Below are positions 24,198-29,306 of a stretch of 29,306 bases of DNA, piece by piece. Source of the stretch: a virus (lineage: Duplodnaviria; Caudoviricetes); IMG/VR virus record IMGVR_UViG_3300020042_002364, positions 1 to 29,306 of that record. The stretch is one strand, 5' to 3'. The notes under the pieces were generated by a model. The model saw nothing but the letters and a program-made list of their open reading frames with translations, had not been told where the DNA came from and did not search any database. Position 1 is the first letter of the stretch. The number at the start of each line of letters is the position of its first letter. A program made the translations under genes and the position numbers.

Positions 24198-24485
24198 ATG
24201 AAAACAACAATTAAAACACATTTAAACGAATTACAAACTTCTGCAGCAAGAATGTTAGTATTAAATTTAGATAGTAAAATGTTAATAAGTTATTTTAAAG
24301 ACTTAACAGAAAAGTTGGTATATTTACAACAGTTAATTAATATGGAAACAAAATATGATTGGTTAGAAATAGAAAATCTAATTGTAAAATTAAAAGAAGT
24401 AGATACAGAATTAACACACATAAACATAGAAGTACAAATAGCAGAAGTAAAAACAGAAAAAAAATCAGCATTTATAAAAAAGTAA
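24198..24485 (+). CDS. Hypothetical protein
   Basis: 95 aa ORF, tightly packed. Confidence 0.7.
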   Translation: MKTTIKTHLNELQTSAARMLVLNLDSKMLISYFKDLTEKLVYLQQLINMETKYDWLEIENLIVKLKEVDTELTHINIEVQIAEVKTEKKSAFIKK

Positions 24486-24489
24486 AATT

Positions 24490-24714
24490 ATGGAATTATT
24501 TACAGGAATATTAGTAATTATTTTAGCAGTAGTTTTTTTAGCAACAAGTTTATTTACTTGTGATGTAATAATAACACCAATTAAAGGAGTAATGTTTGGT
24601 GCATTATATAACGATGATGTATATGATACAGAAACAGACCACACGATTCAAATAGTAATTTTATTTATATCCTTTAATTTTTTATGGACAACTTTAAATG
24701 GCTGGAACAAGTAG
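24490..24714 (+). CDS. Hypothetical membrane protein
   Basis: N-terminal hydrophobic helix. Confidence 0.7.
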   Translation: MELFTGILVIILAVVFLATSLFTCDVIITPIKGVMFGALYNDDVYDTETDHTIQIVILFISFNFLWTTLNGWNK

Positions 24715-25226
24715 CAAAGCATCACAAGGAATGGGTTAAAACAATTCAAAAACTTGGTGAGTATGATTATGCTGAAGACATAGTACAGGAATCTTATATT
24801 GCTTTAATGAAGTACGCAAATGCAGAAAAGTTAATAGATGATAAAGGAAATGTACGAAAAGGTTATATGTTTTTCACTTTACGTTCTTTATATTATCAAT
24901 ATTACAATAAAAAGAAACTTATTAATAAAGTACCTTTTGATGGATGTTGGGAATTATTTGATAACACTAACATAGAAGAGCATAACGCTTACAATGATAT
25001 ATGTTTAATGATTGATGAAGAAATAGATAACTGGCATTGGTATGACAAAAAGCTGTTTAAACTTTATAGGGATACAGATATGTCTATGCGTGATATTGCA
25101 AGTGAAACAAATATTAGTTTAATATCAATATTCCATAGCATAAAAAACTATAAAGAAATACTTAAAAATAAATTTCAAAAAGATTATACTGATTATATTG
25201 AAAACGATTATAACACACAATATTAA
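24684..25226 (+). CDS. ECF-type RNA polymerase sigma factor
   Basis: Region 2 AEDIVQESY motif and region 4 HTH MSMRDIASETNISLISI. Confidence 0.85.
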   Translation: MDNFKWLEQVAKHHKEWVKTIQKLGEYDYAEDIVQESYIALMKYANAEKLIDDKGNVRKGYMFFTLRSLYYQYYNKKKLINKVPFDGCWELFDNTNIEEHNAYNDICLMIDEEIDNWHWYDKKLFKLYRDTDMSMRDIASETNISLISIFHSIKNYKEILKNKFQKDYTDYIENDYNTQY

Positions 25227-25244
25227 TAACTAAATTAAATTAAA

Positions 25245-25622
25245 ATGGCAAAACAAAAAGCAAAAGGTTTAGGTGACACGATTGAGCAAATCACCGAGGC
25301 AACAGGAATTAAAGCAGCAGTAGAAATGTTTAGCAAAGCAACAGGTATAGATTGTGGATGCGAGGAACGTAAAGCAAAATTAAATCAGTTATTTTCTTAT
25401 AACAGAAACATTAATTGTTTAACTGAAAAAGATTACAACGCTTTAACAGATTTAATTGCACCAAATAAAGATACATTAACTATTGAAGAACAGAATGTAA
25501 TTAGCGAAATATACTTAAATGTATTTAATTATCGTTTGCAGTTAAGTTCTTGTGGTTCTTGTTGGAAAGGTAAAATAGATGAACTAAGAAAAGTTTACAA
25601 CGAATATAAATTAAATGATTAA
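25245..25622 (+). CDS. Hypothetical protein with CxC and CxxC motifs
   Basis: KGLGDTIE...DCGCEERK...SCGSC. Confidence 0.75.
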   Translation: MAKQKAKGLGDTIEQITEATGIKAAVEMFSKATGIDCGCEERKAKLNQLFSYNRNINCLTEKDYNALTDLIAPNKDTLTIEEQNVISEIYLNVFNYRLQLSSCGSCWKGKIDELRKVYNEYKLND

Positions 25623-26016
25623 TTGGAAAGAATCTGATTTATTTAATTGGTTAAAAGAAAATGTATATCCTGATTTAGTTAAAGCTAAAAATCAAATGTC
25701 AAGGTGGGATTGTTACAGTCCCGCCACAGGGCATCGTTTAGAATTAAAATGTAGGAAATCACATTATAGCACTTTATTACTTGAAAAGAAAAAGTACGAT
25801 GCGATGAAACAAGAATGTGAAAAGCATTTAGATACACCAATGTATTTTAATTCAACTCCAAAAGGTATTTATTCTTTTAACTTAAATTTGATTTTACCAA
25901 TATGGGAAACTAATTTTAAAAACCCTGCAACAACACAATTTTACAATACAAACAAAATAGAAAAAGAAGTAGCATATTTAGAAATAACAAAAGCAAAACA
26001 ATGGAAACAAACGTAA
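25615..26016 (+). CDS. Putative PD-(D/E)XK nuclease-fold protein
   Basis: WD...LELKCR motif. Confidence 0.55.
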   Translation: MINWKESDLFNWLKENVYPDLVKAKNQMSRWDCYSPATGHRLELKCRKSHYSTLLLEKKKYDAMKQECEKHLDTPMYFNSTPKGIYSFNLNLILPIWETNFKNPATTQFYNTNKIEKEVAYLEITKAKQWKQT

Positions 26017-26360
26017 TACAGCAAGAGTATTTAAAATCAGTATTATTAAGTCAATTATTATTAGAGGCAAACGAATCATTATTTTTTACTACACAATATA
26101 AACAGCAGGTAAAACATAAAATTAACAGTTTAAATAAAGATTTAGAAGAAGTAGTAAGAAACGAATACAAGATAATCTACAATACCGACCCTGAAACCAC
26201 TACAAACATTTTAAATAGCATTGAAGAAATTATTAAAAAGCTGCAAACAAGTTCAATAGATGAATTAGTATTTATAAATGCAGTTATCGACAAATATAAA
26301 GAAAACAAAGAATGGTTTTCAGAACACGCTGAGACTGAATTTTTAAAAATAAATGGCTAA
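26001..26360 (+). CDS. Hypothetical protein
   Basis: 119 aa ORF overlapping neighbours. Confidence 0.75.
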   Translation: METNVIQQEYLKSVLLSQLLLEANESLFFTTQYKQQVKHKINSLNKDLEEVVRNEYKIIYNTDPETTTNILNSIEEIIKKLQTSSIDELVFINAVIDKYKENKEWFSEHAETEFLKING

Positions 26361-26616
26361 AAAGCAAGAAGCAAGTTACTCACCTAAAGAATCAGAAATA
26401 CAGGCTATGTATATTTGCATTAAAAATGATTTAGCATACGTAATACAACCAATACAATATACAAAGAAATACAAAGTAGTTAAATTTCAAATATCAAATA
26501 GATTAGAAGTACATAACTATAAAGAAAATAATATTGATATTGAATTTACAGAATACGATGCTTTAAAAAAAACAATGGAACTTTACACCCAACACTCAAA
26601 AAGATTTAACAAATGA
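26353..26616 (+). CDS. Hypothetical protein
   Basis: 87 aa ORF overlapping neighbours. Confidence 0.75.
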   Translation: MAKKQEASYSPKESEIQAMYICIKNDLAYVIQPIQYTKKYKVVKFQISNRLEVHNYKENNIDIEFTEYDALKKTMELYTQHSKRFNK

Positions 26617-26705
26617 ATTATATATTAATAGTGCTTTGTTATGAATTTATCAGGTCGCAAATAGTTTCACTTTGGTACTACATAATAAAAAAAATAAACA
26701 AATGA
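26613..26705 (+). CDS. Small hydrophobic peptide (30 aa)
   Basis: MNYILIVLCYEFIRSQIVSLWYYIIKKINK*, ATGA-coupled at both ends. Confidence 0.55.
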   Translation: MNYILIVLCYEFIRSQIVSLWYYIIKKINK

Positions 26706-26887
26706 AAGATACAATAGTAGAATCAGTTATAGAACAATTTAAACAGCGTTCTAAAGTAGGAATAAATAAATATAATACAACATTAGATAGAACAGATTTA
26801 AGTCGCTTACAATGGCTACAACACGCACAAGAAGAAGCGATGGATTTAATCTTATATTTAGAAAAACTAAAACAATATGAAAAGTAA
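26702..26887 (+). CDS. Small phage protein, possibly all-alpha NTP-pyrophosphatase-like (start re-called to 26702)
   Basis: R...G..KY..TL...HAQEEAMD...Y motif. Confidence 0.55.
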   Translation: MKDTIVESVIEQFKQRSKVGINKYNTTLDRTDLSRLQWLQHAQEEAMDLILYLEKLKQYEK

Positions 26888-27011
26888 ACAATCACCACTA
26901 CAAAGAATAAATAGGATAATGGATTTCCTTTGGAAACGAGGAAACAATAAAGAATCAGTTAATGAAGTATACAGGAAAATAATAATTCAAAAGCTATCTA
27001 ATAAAAGGTAG
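26877..27011 (+). CDS. Small basic hypothetical protein (44 aa)
   Basis: MKSKQSPLQRINRIMDFLWKRGNNKESVNEVYRK...KR*. Confidence 0.55.
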   Translation: MKSKQSPLQRINRIMDFLWKRGNNKESVNEVYRKIIIQKLSNKR

Positions 27012-27019
27012 CTTTTTTT
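26989..27019 (+). terminator. Rho-independent terminator
   Basis: AAAAGCTATCT-AATAAA-AGGTAGCTTTT plus T run. Confidence 0.85.
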
Positions 27020-27023
27020 ATAT

Positions 27024-27084
27024 GTTAAATATTTGTTAAAATTTAATAAAAAGTTTTTTAATGTAAATAACTTGTTTATATTTG
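27024..27084 (+). promoter_or_regulatory. Bacteroidetes-type promoter with GTTAAA direct repeats
   Basis: GTTAAA at 27024 and 27035; TATATTTG at 27077-27084. Confidence 0.75.
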
Positions 27085-27107
27085 TATAACAATTTAAAAC
27101 AAACACT

Positions 27108-27317
27108 ATGACACAGCAAGAAATTATTGACAGATTGGAAAACATTACTTGGTTAATGGCAGAAGTAGAAAACACTTATGTAAAGAATGAACTAGAAGAA
27201 ATTACAGAAGCTTTAAGAACACAATTTAATTATTCTGATGCTTATGAACAAGAAGTAAAAGACGTGTTAAATTACGATGAAACAATGTTTAATTTAAATA
27301 ACATAAAAATAAGATAA
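27108..27317 (+). CDS. Hypothetical protein
   Basis: 69 aa ORF after the promoter. Confidence 0.7.
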   Translation: MTQQEIIDRLENITWLMAEVENTYVKNELEEITEALRTQFNYSDAYEQEVKDVLNYDETMFNLNNIKIR

Positions 27318-27520
27318 TGAATGAACAAGCACTAATTAAGATTCAATGTAAAATAATGGGTTTAGATAGGGAACTAAAACAATATGTAAACGAACTAATA
27401 ACAGGTAACACTGATTTAAATGATGACCAATTAACATCAATTATAAACAGTACAACAAGAGAATTAAGCGTTTACGATTATATTTTAAAGTTAATAATTA
27501 ATAATCAAGAAGTAAACTAA
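27317..27520 (+). CDS. Hypothetical protein
   Basis: 67 aa, TAATG-coupled. Confidence 0.7.
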   Translation: MNEQALIKIQCKIMGLDRELKQYVNELITGNTDLNDDQLTSIINSTTRELSVYDYILKLIINNQEVN

Positions 27521-28233
27521 TGGTAGTATTATTTGATGCAGATAGTTTAATATTTTCAAGCTGCTACAAGAAACGTGAAACATTAGAAGACGATGGATTC
27601 CACCATAACATAGAAGATTCAATAGTTAAATTTGATGAAGTGTTTATGTCTATTATAAATTACTTGGAAGATATTTACGAAATAAATGAAGTAAAAACAT
27701 TTTCAGGTTCAAAAGGTAATTTTAGAAAATACATAAGCCCAAAATATAAAGCAAATAGAGACTACAATAATTTGCCACCATTATTAAATGAAATGCACCA
27801 ATACGTAAAAGAACAATATAATTCTATTTATGGGTACGGATGTGAAACAGATGATGTAGTAGGTAAATACTGGTTTGAATTATCAAACACAATAGGTAGA
27901 GACAATGTAATAATAGTTTCAATAGATAAAGACTATAAGCAGTTCGCTTGCTTGATGTATAACTATCACGTAAAACATAAATGTATTTACGATATATCAG
28001 AAGAAGAAGCATTATATAACTTCTATGAACAAATGATAATAGGTGATACAGCTGATAATGTAAACTACTGTAAAGGATATGGTAAAAAGTTTGCAGAAAA
28101 GTATTTAGCAGAATGCAAAACTAAATATGAATATACTAAAAAGATATACCAACTCTTTAAAGAATTACACAAAGGAAAAGCAAGGCAAAGATATATTGAA
28201 TGTTGGAACTTATTAAAACTAAAAACAAATTAA
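27520..28233 (+). CDS. 5'-3' exonuclease (T7 gp6/T5 D15/PolI N-terminal family)
   Basis: FDAD, NFR...YKANR, ETDD, SIDKDYKQ, GDTADN..G.GKK motifs. Confidence 0.92.
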   Translation: MVVLFDADSLIFSSCYKKRETLEDDGFHHNIEDSIVKFDEVFMSIINYLEDIYEINEVKTFSGSKGNFRKYISPKYKANRDYNNLPPLLNEMHQYVKEQYNSIYGYGCETDDVVGKYWFELSNTIGRDNVIIVSIDKDYKQFACLMYNYHVKHKCIYDISEEEALYNFYEQMIIGDTADNVNYCKGYGKKFAEKYLAECKTKYEYTKKIYQLFKELHKGKARQRYIECWNLLKLKTN

Positions 28234-28234
28234 A

Positions 28235-28756
28235 ATGGAAATTACACAAAGATTAAAAGAAATAATAAAGCAAGAAACAAATACAGATATAGAAATAAGA
28301 ACACGTAAAAGAGAAACAATAGAAATGCGTTCGCTATATTGTAATGTACTAAAAGAATTAAAGCCAAACAAAACACTTCAGGCAATAGGTGATACATTAG
28401 AACTAAATCACGCTACAGTAATACATTCTTTAAAGAACTATAAAATGTATGAAGAATATAACCCTGAATTAAAAAGATTTAAAGCAAGTGTATTATCTTA
28501 CTTTACAATGGATGAAACAGAACTAAAAGAATTATCAGATATAGAAAAAGCAAAACACGAAATACATAAACTAACATTAGAAAACCATAATCTAAAAAGA
28601 GAACTAAAAGAACAAATAGAAACACCAAGATACGAACACAAAATAATAGATGAACTAAATACATTAATGACAAATACTAAAGGAACAACACAACACAATT
28701 TAATTCAAGATAGATTAGAAGCATTTTACCTAATGAATAAAAACATAAAACTATGA
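28235..28756 (+). CDS. DnaA domain IV-like HTH DNA-binding protein
   Basis: TLQAIGDTLELNHATVIHSLK resembles the DnaA C-terminal signature. Confidence 0.75.
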   Translation: MEITQRLKEIIKQETNTDIEIRTRKRETIEMRSLYCNVLKELKPNKTLQAIGDTLELNHATVIHSLKNYKMYEEYNPELKRFKASVLSYFTMDETELKELSDIEKAKHEIHKLTLENHNLKRELKEQIETPRYEHKIIDELNTLMTNTKGTTQHNLIQDRLEAFYLMNKNIKL

Positions 28757-28896
28757 CACCAAAAGAACGTGCTGAAATACTTTACAATAAATACAGCAAA
28801 GAATATAACAGAACTGTATGTATGGGAACAATGCAACAAACAGAACACTGGAAAGAAGTAACAAAAGAATTAAGTAAACTTTATAAAAACAAATAA
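28753..28896 (+). CDS. Hypothetical protein (47 aa)
   Basis: MTPKERAEILYNKY...HWKEVTKEL...*, ATGA-coupled. Confidence 0.6.
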   Translation: MTPKERAEILYNKYSKEYNRTVCMGTMQQTEHWKEVTKELSKLYKNK

Positions 28897-28897
28897 G

Positions 28898-29119
28898 ATG
28901 CCAGATATAACAATGTGCAGTGGTAACAACTGCGAACTAAGCTCAACCTGTTACAGATATAAAGCAGAACCATCAAAGTATCAACAATCATACTTTGTAA
29001 AAGAACCAAACATAGCAAACCAATGTGATTATTATTGGGAAGTATGTGAATATTGTAACCAAGAAAATGGTAACCATAAAATGAGTTGTCCAACATTAAA
29101 AATACAAGTAAACTTATGA
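28898..29119 (+). CDS. Small Cys-rich (metal-binding) protein
   Basis: DITMC...C...CYRY...CDYYW plus CEYC...H..SC. Confidence 0.75.
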   Translation: MPDITMCSGNNCELSSTCYRYKAEPSKYQQSYFVKEPNIANQCDYYWEVCEYCNQENGNHKMSCPTLKIQVNL

Positions 29120-29306
29120 AAGCAATATTAGAATTTAATTTACCCGAGGATAACCAAGAATATTTAACAACTATTAAAGCAACCGATATGGCTAACTTTA
29201 TATTTGAATTGGTTTATAATAGTAAAAAGCAATGCATACGTAATGCAGAACAAAACAATAAAAACATTGATGAATTAAATTTTTACAATGGAGTTGATTT
29301 AGTATA
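29116..29306 (+). CDS. Hypothetical protein (3'-truncated by window edge)
   Basis: MKAILEFNLPEDNQE..., open to the end of the window. Confidence 0.7.
   Translation, partial: MKAILEFNLPEDNQEYLTTIKATDMANFIFELVYNSKKQCIRNAEQNNKNIDELNFYNGVDLV

Noticed and set aside
1469-26701. Track start codons at 1469, 21259 and 26672
   Set aside because: They run through a promoter or through better-coupled small ORFs; starts at 1529, 21328 and 26702 fit the leaders and coupling.
135-29096. Minus-strand ORFs in the track (e.g. 135..410, 1765..2103, 10263..10553, 17303..17920, 21832..22116)
   Set aside because: They lie antisense to well-supported + strand genes, lack recognisable motifs, and are the expected shadows of codon bias.

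Overview
An AT-rich, near-complete tailed-phage (siphovirus-like) genome segment with essentially all genes on the + strand. The host is most likely a Bacteroidetes/Flavobacterium, because TAnnTTTG promoters recur and leaders are A-rich without Shine-Dalgarno sequences. Gene order: terminase, a metallophosphoesterase insert, tail assembly and tail genes, tape measure, prohead protease, scaffold, major capsid, two tandem paralogous tail-tube-like genes, portal, connector, fibre, lysis cassette (two holin-like ORFs, GH24 lysozyme, u-spanin), then early/replication genes (NinG, ERF, ParB-like, SSB, helicase-like ATPase, ECF sigma, 5'-3' exonuclease, DnaA-C-like HTH). I recognised no integrase, DNA polymerase, tRNA or CRISPR array. 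The most notable signals are non-coding. Two families of small, twice-repeated H-type RNA pseudoknots sit in early-gene leaders, and one shows compensatory base changes directly upstream of SSB. There is also a larger pseudoknotted RNA at 2700-2769, 11-bp-phased GTTAAA boxes at three host-type promoters, and a four-copy candidate late promoter. Two candidate -1 frameshifts were found. All product calls come from motif recognition by eye, and no searches were run.
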